Shown: positions 9,745 through 19,140 of the stretch, piece by piece | Position numbering within the stretch: the stretch's first letter is position 1 | Layout of the letters: each line of letters begins with the position of its first letter | Source: an uncultured delta proteobacterium | Lineage (GTDB): Bacteria > Desulfobacterota > BSN033 > UBA1163 | DNA length: 64,000 nucleotides | Reading direction: 5' to 3' | Assembly: GCA_963708295.1 (NCBI GenBank) | Contig: CAVPSJ010000008.1 | Coordinates: 1-64,000 of the forward strand | The notes under the pieces: generated by a model | The model's database searches: none | What the model saw: the letters and a program-made list of their open reading frames with translations, nothing else | Told to the model about the DNA's origin: nothing | Program-made: the position numbers and the translations under genes

Positions 9745-10896
9745 ATGATTGAGCGCCCTTTCTGGACAAGTCGTATTCGACAGGCATGGGAAAAGCGGCC
9801 GATTGTATGGCTATCGGGAGTACGGCGGGTAGGGAAAACAACCTTAGCCAAAATGTTTCCCAAAACCATTTACCAGAATTGCGATCTTCCGTCGGTCGTC
9901 CGGGGGTTGACCGATCCGGAGCCTTTCTATGACAGCCTGGATAAAGGAACCATTGTCATCTTTGACGAGATCCACCGTTTAGAGGACCCGAGTCGTCTGC
10001 TAAAGATTGCTGCAGATGCCTATCCCCACCTGAAAGTACTCGCGACAGGTTCTTCCACATTGGCAGCTACTAAGAAATTCAGAGATACCCTGGCTGGGCG
10101 AAAGGCGACGATCTATTTGCCGCCGGTGCTATGGAGTGAATGCATCGATCAGTTCAATATAAAAGAACTGGGCCGTCGATTACTTCATGGAGGACTGCCG
10201 GAACCCTTACTATCGGAAACGAAGAATGAGAGCTTTTTCTCGGAATGGATGGACAGTTTTTATGCACGAGACATCCAGGAACTTTTTGGTATCCGCAACC
10301 GGAGCGGTTTCATGAAATTATTACATCTATTGCTTCGACAAAGTGGAGGTCTCCTGGATTATACCCATCTGGCGGGGTTAAGCGACTTAAGCCGACATAC
10401 TGTGAAAGCCCATGTGGAAGCAATGAGTATTGCCCATGCGGTTTTTTTACTCCCTCCTTTTCATGGAGGTGGGCGGCGTGAAATTACACAGAGACCTAAG
10501 TGCTATTCCTTTGACACGGGTTTTGTCACCTTTGTCAAGGGTTGGCAAAGCATTCGTGAGGAGGATCGAGGTCTTTTATGGGAGCATCTGGTTCTTGATA
10601 CCCTGCGCACCGTTGTTGACGATCATAATTTATTTTACTGGAGGGACAAATCAGGGCGGGAAGCGGATTTTGTCATCAAGGGGGGTGGGCAGCAGACAGA
10701 AGTTGTTGAATGCAAATTTGATCCTGATCGATTTGATCCCGCCCATCTTGCTTTATTCCGCTCTTTATATCCTGGAGGAAAGAATTACGTGGTAAGTCCC
10801 AATATTAAGTCCTCCTATGAGCGGCGCTATGAGAAACTGAAGGTAGACTTCATTTCGATCAGGCAGATTTACGATTTAAAATTGAAGCAGCGATAG
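9745..10896 (+). CDS. AAA_14 + DUF4143 ATPase
   Basis: Walker A GVRRVGKT, Walker B FDEIH, ATGSS, HGGLP, PKCYSFDTG, YWRDKSGREADF, ECK; TTGACA at 9708 upstream. Confidence 0.9.
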   Translation: MIERPFWTSRIRQAWEKRPIVWLSGVRRVGKTTLAKMFPKTIYQNCDLPSVVRGLTDPEPFYDSLDKGTIVIFDEIHRLEDPSRLLKIAADAYPHLKVLATGSSTLAATKKFRDTLAGRKATIYLPPVLWSECIDQFNIKELGRRLLHGGLPEPLLSETKNESFFSEWMDSFYARDIQELFGIRNRSGFMKLLHLLLRQSGGLLDYTHLAGLSDLSRHTVKAHVEAMSIAHAVFLLPPFHGGGRREITQRPKCYSFDTGFVTFVKGWQSIREEDRGLLWEHLVLDTLRTVVDDHNLFYWRDKSGREADFVIKGGGQQTEVVECKFDPDRFDPAHLALFRSLYPGGKNYVVSPNIKSSYERRYEKLKVDFISIRQIYDLKLKQR

Positions 10897-10941
10897 AGAG
10901 AAAACCTCGAATTGTAGGTCAGGGTCCTGCAATAGAGCAAT

Positions 10942-11213
10942 GTGGTAAGACCTGGGCTCGGTATTGTTCACGCTTATCTCTTCCAATGGCTTTCCCGATC
11001 CTGGCCGGGAGGTGTTGCAAAACGCGCCATACGCTTTGCTTTTCTCGTTTTTCTGATGACGTTCCTTTTCTGGGCGTTCTTCACCCCTTCAACCACTTCG
11101 GTAAGCCAATCTATCTCATTGCACTTGAGCTGGTTTTCTGGTGGTTTATTGCCTTGGCAGATGGTTTCGCGATTTCAACGGTCATGTGTGGAGGCAGACG
11201 TTCGGGTGTCTGA
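10942..11213 (+). pseudogene. 3' fragment of a membrane-protein gene
   Basis: Hydrophobic segments split across two frames (FLVFLMTFLFW / PFNHFGKPIYLIALELVFW); no start or RBS. Confidence 0.4.
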
Positions 11214-11259
11214 GGGTGGCTGGAGGAACGAGAAATGTGGCTGTTAGGAGGCATATAAA

Positions 11260-11712
11260 ATGACGAAATCAAAATACGGGAAATACATCGTGACGGAGCT
11301 GGCCCAGAGGTTTGACCCAGAATTTAGTGCGAGGTACGCCCAGTGGGCGACCCGGATATTATGGATGGACGATAAGGTTGTGGATGGAGCCTTTCAAATG
11401 AACTGCTCCTGGTATTTGAGACCTCCGTCAACGCCAATGCCTTCGGGAGAGGCGCATACCCATGATTTTGACGAGATGATTGGCTTCTTCGGGAGTAACC
11501 CACAGGACCCACATGATTTGGGGGGAGAGATAGAGTTCTGGCTGGAAGACGAAAAACATATTCTTACCAGGAGTTGCCTTATCTTTGTTCCCAGGGGCAT
11601 GAAACACTGCCCGCTGATATTGAAGCGTGTCGACAGGCCCATCTTCCACTTTAGTACCGTGACCGGTGGCCAGTACAGGTTGATCAAGGAGGAAGAGAAA
11701 GAGAAAGAATAA
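11260..11712 (+). CDS. Cupin-fold hypothetical protein
   Basis: HTHDFDE...GGEIEFW...FVPRGMKHCP; AGGAGG RBS. Confidence 0.8.
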   Translation: MTKSKYGKYIVTELAQRFDPEFSARYAQWATRILWMDDKVVDGAFQMNCSWYLRPPSTPMPSGEAHTHDFDEMIGFFGSNPQDPHDLGGEIEFWLEDEKHILTRSCLIFVPRGMKHCPLILKRVDRPIFHFSTVTGGQYRLIKEEEKEKE

Positions 11713-11817
11713 CGAATGGCAGATTGCAGAAGGCACGGGCAGTAGGCAGAAAGCAGTAAGCAGAAAAAAGGATAGCAAGTGGGAATAGCTCACGGCAAAA
11801 GATGACTGAGGTTGGGA

Positions 11818-11846
11818 GTAGGGAACGGTTTGAAACCGTTCCCTAC
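11818..11846. repeat. GTAG-type REP palindrome
   Basis: GTAGGGAACGGTT-TGA-AACCGTTCCCTAC, a perfect 13-bp stem. Confidence 0.8.
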
Positions 11847-11911
11847 AGAAGTTCGGAGCAATCGGGGAAAAGTCTCGCTACAGGGACTAATGTGACGGTT
11901 TGGAGTTAAGA

Positions 11912-12718
11912 ATGGACAGTCTTAAGAAAAGAAAGCCAATTTTAGCCTTTTTGTTGTCCCTGGTTACTCCTGGTCTTGGGCAAGTATATAACGGACAGTT
12001 CAAGAAAGGCCTTTCCTTCTTGGTCGTATTCTATCTCGTCTACATAGTATTTTCATTTCTGCTTTTCACTTTCTATGGAATGATATTTTATCTAATGATT
12101 GTGATCGGGTGTTTCCTATTCATATTGGTAGACGCTGTACGTGGCGCAATCAAATTCAAAGCAATAACACTCAAGTCATATAACAAATGGTATATTTATT
12201 TGATCATATTCCTTCTCAGTAATGTTGCGATACGTCCACTGTTGAGCTGGACGATTAGAAGTAATATTGCCAAAGCCTATAAAATTCCTTCGAGCGGAAT
12301 GGAACCCTCGTTGTTAGTCGGTGATCATCTGGTGGCAGACATGAGAATTTACAAAAGCCAGAAACCTCAAAGAGGGGATCTCATCATATTTGAGTTTCCA
12401 AAAGATCCCTCGAAGGATTTTATCAAGAGAGTGATAGGCATGGAAGGTGAGAAAGTGGAGATCGTGAGCAACAAGATATATATTAATGACAAATTATTGG
12501 GTGATCCCTGGGGATATTTTACAAAAGACTATCCTGCGCTGGATACATTCGGACCCGTAATTGTGCCTGAGAATTCACTATTTGTGTTAGGAGATAATCG
12601 AAACAATAGTCAGGATAGCCGGTATTGGGGATTTGTAAATGTAGAGAAGGTATGGGGCAAAGCACTTTATCTTTACTGGGCTAAAGATAAGGGCAGAATC
12701 GGCATGGAATTAAAATGA
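11912..12718 (+). CDS. lepB: Signal peptidase I with extended multi-TM N-terminus
   Basis: IPSSGMEPSL (catalytic Ser), FIKRVIG (Lys), GDNRNNSQDSRYWG; N-terminal PGLGQVYNGQ segment. Confidence 0.9.
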   Translation: MDSLKKRKPILAFLLSLVTPGLGQVYNGQFKKGLSFLVVFYLVYIVFSFLLFTFYGMIFYLMIVIGCFLFILVDAVRGAIKFKAITLKSYNKWYIYLIIFLLSNVAIRPLLSWTIRSNIAKAYKIPSSGMEPSLLVGDHLVADMRIYKSQKPQRGDLIIFEFPKDPSKDFIKRVIGMEGEKVEIVSNKIYINDKLLGDPWGYFTKDYPALDTFGPVIVPENSLFVLGDNRNNSQDSRYWGFVNVEKVWGKALYLYWAKDKGRIGMELK

Positions 12719-12876
12719 TATAAATGAAAATAGGGGCGCATCCCATTTCTTAAGATAATTATTTGGAATACGAGCCAAGATCCTTAATGTCTGCGTTTCC
12801 AAAATATGGTGGTAAAGGTGAATATTAATAAAATAGATTTGACGGCCATCGATATCACAAATTGTTTGCCGAGATA

Positions 12877-12981
12877 AAGTGACGATTCTTGTCGCTTGGT
12901 TACATATATTTTCATTTCAAGCCCTCCTTGGTTTCACGAAACCCTGTAATTTCAAGCTATTGTATTTGGCATCGAAATTGC
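12877..12981 (+). promoter_or_regulatory. Sigma-54 promoter with palindromic activator site and IHF-like site (copy 2)
   Basis: AAGTGACGA-ttc-TTGTCGCTT (12877-12897); TTTCAA-gcta-TTG; TTGGCA-tcgaaa-TTGC (12966-12981). Spacing is 89 bp versus 90 bp in copy 1. Confidence 0.75.
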
Positions 12982-13026
12982 CTTCTATCCCAAGAAAAAA
13001 ATGAGTCCTTTGGAGGAGAATCTATT

Positions 13027-13152
13027 ATGAAACTCATAGACGACGTCGAAGGCTCAGATGGATTGGCTGAAGGAGATAAAGATTTTCTCAAAAGCTTAGA
13101 AAAAATGGCGGAAGAAATAGAAGGCGAAGCTGAGAGTTCTAGTAAGCAGTAG
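13027..13152 (+). CDS. 41-aa acidic small protein (paralog of 3897-4043)
   Basis: MKLIDDVEGSDGLAEGDKDFLKSLEKMAEEIEGEAESSSKQ; GGAGGAG RBS. Confidence 0.75.
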   Translation: MKLIDDVEGSDGLAEGDKDFLKSLEKMAEEIEGEAESSSKQ

Positions 13153-13159
13153 ACAGTCA

Positions 13160-13250
13160 TCAATAACCAGTAATCAGTAATCAGAAGCTAATTAGCAGAA
13201 ATCAGAAAGTAGAAAGCGGAAGGCAGTAAGCAGCAAACCGGCAGTAAAAC
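13160..13250. repeat. Degenerate heptamer (CAGTAAG/CAGAAAG-like) tandem repeats
   Basis: cagtaat cagtaat cagaagc...cagaaag tagaaag...cagtaag; a similar tract lies at about 11720-11770. Confidence 0.55.
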
Positions 13251-13268
13251 CTGACGCGAGAGATTTAG

Positions 13269-13535
13269 ATGAAACGATTTGCCCACCACCTAATCCTTCC
13301 TGTGATCATGCCGGTTCTGTTTCTTATCATCGCTTTGACGCCGGTCGAGGTGCTGGGCTGCTTTGTCCGGGGACTCATCGCGATGCTGATCGCCCTGACC
13401 AGCGGTCTGGCGGCACTCGTCACGGTGATCACTGGATTGAAGGGGAGGGTACGTCATGATCCAAACGCGATTTGGTGGGTGCTAAGCACACTGATCCTGG
13501 CGATACCGGTTATCGCCATGATCATTTTGGCCTAA
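13269..13535 (+). CDS. Small three-TM membrane protein
   Basis: Three hydrophobic helices in 88 aa. Confidence 0.6.
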   Translation: MKRFAHHLILPVIMPVLFLIIALTPVEVLGCFVRGLIAMLIALTSGLAALVTVITGLKGRVRHDPNAIWWVLSTLILAIPVIAMIILA

Positions 13536-13726
13536 AAATAGGGACATATCCCTTTTTGATAGTTGTCCCTCAATGATCCTGCCCATTTATTTATCCACAA
13601 CCTTTGAATCCGGCAAATCTCCACTTTACGATTAGACGCCAACATGTTAAATTAGATTCCCATCTGGCTCGGTTATATGATTCATTTCGGATCGCCTCTT
13701 TCGAGAAAAACGGGGAGGGACTTAGT

Positions 13727-13812
13727 AGGGAATAAAGATTCGACCGAATCGACCCGCGCCGAAGGATGAGTTTTTTTCTTATGCCCGGGAGCGATGCCGT
13801 GGGGTAATTGAC
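13727..13812 (-). mobile_element. Degenerate non-autonomous IS200/IS605-family (PATE-like) remnant
   Basis: Minus strand begins GTCAATTACCCCACGGCATCGCTCCCGGGCAT, resembling GTCAACTACCCC-hairpin ends, followed by ACTCATCC and a second hairpin. Confidence 0.35.
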
Positions 13813-13826
13813 ACCAAGGAGGTGTG

Positions 13827-15440
13827 ATGATGAAAAGAACGGGGACAAAGGACGCGAAGGACTTATCAGGTGTGAGCCGACGGGATGTGTTGAAGATGAT
13901 GGGAGCAGGGGCGCTCTTCGCAATGCTTCCGGGTTACGGTCTGGGAGGAAGTGCTGCGGAGTTTTCTCCTTCCGGGGGGCAGGGGCTGATCTTTTTGGCG
14001 GGGGATGGGATGCCTCTCGGCGTGATCAAAGGGATGCATCAAATCAGAACCAGGCTTTACGGAGACAAAGACACAAATTTCTACTCGAAGATGAAAGACC
14101 CTCGGTCAGCGCTTGGATATTCGTCCACAGATAGCCTCTCCAGTATCGTTACAGACTCCGCGCCCGCCTCCGTGGCGTGGTCAACGGGTTCCAAGACCAA
14201 CAACAAGCTGCTCGCTTCCCTGCCCGACGGCCGCCCCCTCCGGACCATCATGGAACTTCTCAAGGAGCAAGGCTATGCCTGCGGCCTGGTTACCACTACG
14301 AGGGTAACCCATGCAACCCCGGCAGCATGGGTATCGCATCAGGTGAACAGGGATCAAGAGGACGATATTGCTTTGGAATACCTGAAGTTCAAACCGGATA
14401 TCTTGCTGGGGGGCGGAAACAGACAATTTGACTCTTCAAAGAGAAAAGACGGTAAAGACCTTTTTAAAACCTTCTCCGAGACGGGTTACGATGTGGTTAA
14501 AGAAAGGGAAAGTCTCCTTTCAGCGGAGCTCCTTTCTTCCAGGAAGCCCCTCCTGGGCGTTTTCAGCTCCTCACATCTGGACTATTATGTCGACAGAATC
14601 AGTCAACCTGAATTGGCAAAGAAAGAACCGGCGCTGCCAGAGATGACAAGGGTTGCCCTCCAGAAATTATCCGGAAACCCGAAGGGTTTCATTTTATTAG
14701 TGGAAGCGGGGAGGATCGACCATGCCAATCATAACAACGATGCATGGGCGGCCTTTCAGGAAACTTATGAACTGGATCTGACCCTGACGGTGATTGATGA
14801 ATTCCTGAGAATGAATCCAAAAACCGGTGTGATCATCGCCTCCGATCATGGCACTTCATGTTTAGGCATCAACGGGACAGGGCCTGAGTATAATGACTCC
14901 ACAGAGGCGTTGAAGAAATATCAGCCGATAAAGGCTTCTTTAGAGTTTATCAAAAGAAAGATGAAAAGAGATGCCTCTTTGACGGAGATAAAAGATGTTT
15001 TCGAACAGTTTACCACTTATAAAATTTCAGATGAGGAGGCATCCATGATCTCCCGGTCCATGCAGCCGGAATATAGACTTTATCACGGAGATTATATCAT
15101 TCAGCCGGAAGCCACCATGGGAAAAATATTGGCCCATAGCACGTACGAGAAAATTTCGGAGATTTTTTGGGATGGCAAAGCGCTGCTCAGGAGAGGGAAT
15201 GTGGGATTCACCTCCACCCACCACACAGGAGAAGATCAGATCGTGCTTTGCTATGGTCATAAATCAAAAGAGCTCGGTCTGGGCAGATACGTGGATAATA
15301 CCTACCTCTTCACCGCGATGTGTGAGTTCTTCGGCATCCGACATCAGAATCCGACCATGACGGAGGAAGAGGCAAAGCCCTTCATCAAAACTGTGTCCTT
15401 AAGTGACTGGATAAAGCATATGGAATTACATATCGCGTAA
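13827..15440 (+). CDS. Alkaline phosphatase (PhoA family) with Tat signal
   Basis: SRRDVLK; GDGM, VTDSA (catalytic Ser), THATPAA, VEAGRIDHANH, SDH, HTGED. Confidence 0.92.
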   Translation: MMKRTGTKDAKDLSGVSRRDVLKMMGAGALFAMLPGYGLGGSAAEFSPSGGQGLIFLAGDGMPLGVIKGMHQIRTRLYGDKDTNFYSKMKDPRSALGYSSTDSLSSIVTDSAPASVAWSTGSKTNNKLLASLPDGRPLRTIMELLKEQGYACGLVTTTRVTHATPAAWVSHQVNRDQEDDIALEYLKFKPDILLGGGNRQFDSSKRKDGKDLFKTFSETGYDVVKERESLLSAELLSSRKPLLGVFSSSHLDYYVDRISQPELAKKEPALPEMTRVALQKLSGNPKGFILLVEAGRIDHANHNNDAWAAFQETYELDLTLTVIDEFLRMNPKTGVIIASDHGTSCLGINGTGPEYNDSTEALKKYQPIKASLEFIKRKMKRDASLTEIKDVFEQFTTYKISDEEASMISRSMQPEYRLYHGDYIIQPEATMGKILAHSTYEKISEIFWDGKALLRRGNVGFTSTHHTGEDQIVLCYGHKSKELGLGRYVDNTYLFTAMCEFFGIRHQNPTMTEEEAKPFIKTVSLSDWIKHMELHIA

Positions 15441-15461
15441 CATGAGTGTCCGGAAGATTCG

Positions 15462-16235
15462 ATGCCATTAAAAGAATGGTTACCCTCGTCGGGTGAAATG
15501 GAAGAAAAGCCTTGGGACCTCTGGGCAACCCTTGGGTTTTCGGCGATCATCTTCGCGCTCTTTTTTGCCCTTCAAATTCTCGTTGCGACTGCCTTCGTTT
15601 CTTTCGCCAAGGCCGACCACCCGGAATTGGACCTCGAGACCTACGCAAAAACCCTTTCCTCCAACGGTTTTTGTATCGCCATCATGATCGTGGTCTCAGG
15701 ACTGATTTGCACTCCTCTGACGCTTTTGTTTGCAAGACTTCGGAAGAATATTTCCATCAAAGATTATATTGGTTTCAGGGAGCCCTCGAAGAAAGAGTGG
15801 GTCCAATGGCTCCTTATTCTGGCGGCTTTTATGTTTCTATCCGACGGCGTGGGTTTTCTCCTCCAGCAACCGATCGTCCCTCCTTTTATGGTCGAGGCTT
15901 TCAAAACGGCTTCCTCCCTTCCTGCTCTTCTTTTTGCGATCGTGGTGGTGGCGCCGATTTTTGAAGAGATCTTCTTCAGGGGGTTCCTCTTCCAGGGGAT
16001 TCGGTACTCTCGATTGGGCCCCATCGGGGCGATTGGAATGACTTCCCTGGTTTGGGCCGCCGTCCATCTTCAGTACGGCATTTACGGTCTCGCGACCGTT
16101 TTTGCTCTTGGCCTCTTGTTTGGAATCGCGCGGCTGAAAACGGATTCAATCCATCTCTCGATGGTCATGCATTCCGTCGTCGGTCTCGTGGCTGTCGTGG
16201 AAACGGCTCTCCACATCGGTGGATTCAGCGGGTGA
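15462..16235 (+). CDS. CPBP/Abi family intramembrane glutamic endopeptidase
   Basis: APIFEEIFFRG, WAAVH, MH motifs; multi-TM. Confidence 0.9.
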   Translation: MPLKEWLPSSGEMEEKPWDLWATLGFSAIIFALFFALQILVATAFVSFAKADHPELDLETYAKTLSSNGFCIAIMIVVSGLICTPLTLLFARLRKNISIKDYIGFREPSKKEWVQWLLILAAFMFLSDGVGFLLQQPIVPPFMVEAFKTASSLPALLFAIVVVAPIFEEIFFRGFLFQGIRYSRLGPIGAIGMTSLVWAAVHLQYGIYGLATVFALGLLFGIARLKTDSIHLSMVMHSVVGLVAVVETALHIGGFSG

Positions 16236-16481
16236 CTCCGCGGGTGAAAGGACGAGCGCGATTGGGCGGGATTACAAGACCTTTGGGCTTCCCGAACCGA
16301 AAGGGATTCAAGACGACAAAGAAATCAGTTCGAGAAAATAAGGGATTTGAAATAAGGCTCTGTGTTGGGTCATTGGCCGGGTCTTAGAATTTGGTATGGA
16401 TCGGTGGGTGGAGCGAAGGCAGGATGAAGGTTCAAAGGCTCGTGGATTCATGCGGGAATAAAAGCGATTAAGAAAATAGGG

Positions 16482-16769
16482 TTGCTCGGTGTCCCCGTGG
16501 TCAAAAAGTATATTAAAAAGCTGTTCATGGTTAACAAGCAGGCCGTCCTGATGGAGGTCCTTTCCATCCAGGGGCTGATGCAGCTTCTCATGAAAATTCG
16601 GAATACGGACGAAAAGTGGACGAGGGAAGAGAGGAAGGAGATCAGGATGCATCTAAGAAACATCGCGAAGATCATTCCAACTGTCACTCTCTTTTCCCTC
16701 CCCGGAGGTTCCTATCTTCTGCCCATTCTCGCAGAAGCCCTCGACCGGAGGAAAACCAGAAGGTTGTGA
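16482..16769 (+). CDS. Conserved hypothetical protein (LETM1 N-terminus-like LPGG..LP motif)
   Basis: WTREER...SLPGGSYLLPILA; the start may be GTG 16497. Confidence 0.55.
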   Translation: MLGVPVVKKYIKKLFMVNKQAVLMEVLSIQGLMQLLMKIRNTDEKWTREERKEIRMHLRNIAKIIPTVTLFSLPGGSYLLPILAEALDRRKTRRL

Positions 16770-16793
16770 AAAAGGAGAAAGGAGAAAAATCAG

Positions 16794-17882
16794 ATGAGAA
16801 AAAATTATTGTTTACCTTTCATCGTAGTGGGGATCCTTGCTTCGATCATGGTGGCGCCGCCCTTCGGAGCGGCGGCAGAAAAGACATGGACCATTCGATT
16901 CCATTATGAACAGCCTCCGACCGCACCTCTTCCCGTATACGGCTTTGAGCCGTGGGCAAAGGATGTGGAGAAGGCAACCAAAGGAAGAGTCAAGGTCCAG
17001 ATCTACTCTGGAGATACGCTCTTTAAGACGAAGTCGGATTGCGTGGAATCCGTCAAATTGGGGATTGCCGACGCGGCCTTTTTGTACGCCTGGGCCTATT
17101 CTCCGCAGTTTGACCTGACCGATGTCCTGGGTGTCCCGTTTATCGTGCCCAACGCAGAGGTGGCAGGCCGGGTGACATGGGCACTGCTGCAGAAGTTTCC
17201 CGAGATGCAGGCGCAGTGGAAGGATGTGAAGCTCCTGACCGTCTGGACGACAGACCCCTACGTCTTTATCACGACCAAAAAGCAGATCAAGGTTCTGGAA
17301 GATTTTAAAGGGATGAAGATGCGAGTGACAGGCGGGATGGCCACCGATATGATGAAGCTTTTGGGCGGCGTTCCTGTCATGTTTCCGATGCCGGAGAGCT
17401 ATCTCAGCCTGGACAAAGGGGTGATCGACGGCATGGCGGCGCCCGGGGAAGCCATCACCGGATTTCGACTGTATGAGATTGCAAAATATTACACGATGGT
17501 GCCTACCACCTGTGTTTCGCAGCAGTTGATCATGAATAAGAAGACCTGGGAGTCCTTCCCTCCGGATATTCAACAAGCCATTATGAGCGTGAGTGGGGAA
17601 AGCGGGGCGATCCGGTTCGGCGGCGGATGCTTTGACAGGGCGTGGGGGCTATTGCCTCAAAAGGCGAAAAGTGTCGGGAAGGAGATGATTACTTATACGC
17701 CGCCCAAGGAAGAGATGAATCGGTGGATTGAAAAAGCAGGCAAACCGCTCTGGGAGGCATGGATCAAAAAGATGGAATCGACGGGGTATTCCAATGCCCG
17801 AAAGATTCAGGAAGAAGCAATCCGCCTCGTGAAGGAGTATAGCGCAGAAAAGACGGATCAATGGCGGAGCATGTTTCCGTAG
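16794..17882 (+). CDS. dctP: TRAP transporter substrate-binding protein (DctP family)
   Basis: Signal peptide; ATKGRVKV, DFKGMKMR, LDKGVIDG, MNKKTWESFPPD. Confidence 0.9.
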   Translation: MRKNYCLPFIVVGILASIMVAPPFGAAAEKTWTIRFHYEQPPTAPLPVYGFEPWAKDVEKATKGRVKVQIYSGDTLFKTKSDCVESVKLGIADAAFLYAWAYSPQFDLTDVLGVPFIVPNAEVAGRVTWALLQKFPEMQAQWKDVKLLTVWTTDPYVFITTKKQIKVLEDFKGMKMRVTGGMATDMMKLLGGVPVMFPMPESYLSLDKGVIDGMAAPGEAITGFRLYEIAKYYTMVPTTCVSQQLIMNKKTWESFPPDIQQAIMSVSGESGAIRFGGGCFDRAWGLLPQKAKSVGKEMITYTPPKEEMNRWIEKAGKPLWEAWIKKMESTGYSNARKIQEEAIRLVKEYSAEKTDQWRSMFP

Positions 17883-18064
17883 AAACACCTCGTGAAAATC
17901 CTGAGTACGATCCTTGAAAGAACTGTTCTCATCTTCTATAAACCCCGATTAAACAAAAAAGCAGAATAAGGGGATAGAGAAGGTGTAAGGGACGTTAGGC
18001 ACTTTCACCCGCATCGGGATGACTGGGAGGTAACGGACAAGAAGCGATCGAGAGTTGCCTCGAC

Positions 18065-19036
18065 TCACGGTTTGCGCAGGCCTATTCTGACGGCAATCTC
18101 GTACATCTGTTTGTATTCGTCGTCTCTAAGCTTCCTGAGCTCCGCTGGATCCTTATATTCACAAATACTTCCCAGGTCGTCAATTTTAGGTTTTGTGGTC
18201 TTGATTGCTTTTTCAACGGCAGGGATCAAAACCATCCTCGCCTCTTCCGGAATTCCTGCGGGGGCCCATAGTGCGAACCAGGTCGCAGGCAGACCTTGTT
18301 TGTAGCCTAATTCTTTAAGCGTCGGGATTTCAGGGTAAGTAGGTTTCTTAGGATCGATCAAAAGAATCCTCATCTTTCCCGCCTCGACATGGGGTTTGAG
18401 CTTTCCGAAACCATCGAGCGTGGCCTCCACATGGCCCCCTAAGACGGCGGTGATCACCGTTTCTCCTCCTTTGAAAGGCACATGGGTCAGCTTGATGTCC
18501 GTAATCGATTGAAGCAACTCGATAGCGAAGTGGGTCGAAGAGCCGACGCCGATTGAGGTGATGCGAATCTTCCCTGGATTCTTCTTTGCATAATCGACGA
18601 AGTCGCGAAAAGTTTTCCAAGGTGCATCTGCTTTGACTCCGATGACCGTCGGAAAGAAGTAATGGAACCCCAGGGGCTCCACATCCTTGGCCGCGTCGTA
18701 GTGAACGACATCCGGATTAGTAATCGGGGCATAGACAAAGGGTGAAGCTCCGCCGTAGAAAAGTGTATACCCATCCTTCTTTGCCCGAATCGCTGTTTCG
18801 GCCCCCAAAACTGTTCCTGCTCCGGGCTTGTTGTTGGGGATGATCTTCTGGCCGATGATCTTCTCCAGCTCATCGGCTAACATTCTCGCCGTGATATCTC
18901 CGGTGGCACCCGCGACGTAGGGGATAATGAGCTGGATGGGACGGTCGGGGTAACCTGCAGAAGATGGAGCAGGCGCGAGCATGTTCAGTCCCAACAGGGT
19001 GGAAATGGCAAAAGCGAATAGATATCTTGATTTCAT
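18065..19036 (-). CDS. Tripartite tricarboxylate transporter binding protein (Bug/TctC)
   Basis: YPDRPIQLIIPY, NKPGAG, DGYTL, HVPFKGG, LGGHV. Confidence 0.9.
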   Translation of the reverse strand: MKSRYLFAFAISTLLGLNMLAPAPSSAGYPDRPIQLIIPYVAGATGDITARMLADELEKIIGQKIIPNNKPGAGTVLGAETAIRAKKDGYTLFYGGASPFVYAPITNPDVVHYDAAKDVEPLGFHYFFPTVIGVKADAPWKTFRDFVDYAKKNPGKIRITSIGVGSSTHFAIELLQSITDIKLTHVPFKGGETVITAVLGGHVEATLDGFGKLKPHVEAGKMRILLIDPKKPTYPEIPTLKELGYKQGLPATWFALWAPAGIPEEARMVLIPAVEKAIKTTKPKIDDLGSICEYKDPAELRKLRDDEYKQMYEIAVRIGLRKP

Positions 19037-19140
19037 GATTCGTTACCTCCCTCGTCATAGAGTTAACAATTCATCCGAGCCCTGACGGAGACGGGCAAAC
19101 CCACTCCGGCCGTGAGTCCGGTCCACAAACATGGCGTCGT

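Noticed and set aside
13715-13800. Glycine riboswitch upstream of the phosphatase (GCGCCGAAGGA)
   Set aside because: It lacks the GGAGA and CTCTCAGG elements, and the context does not fit.
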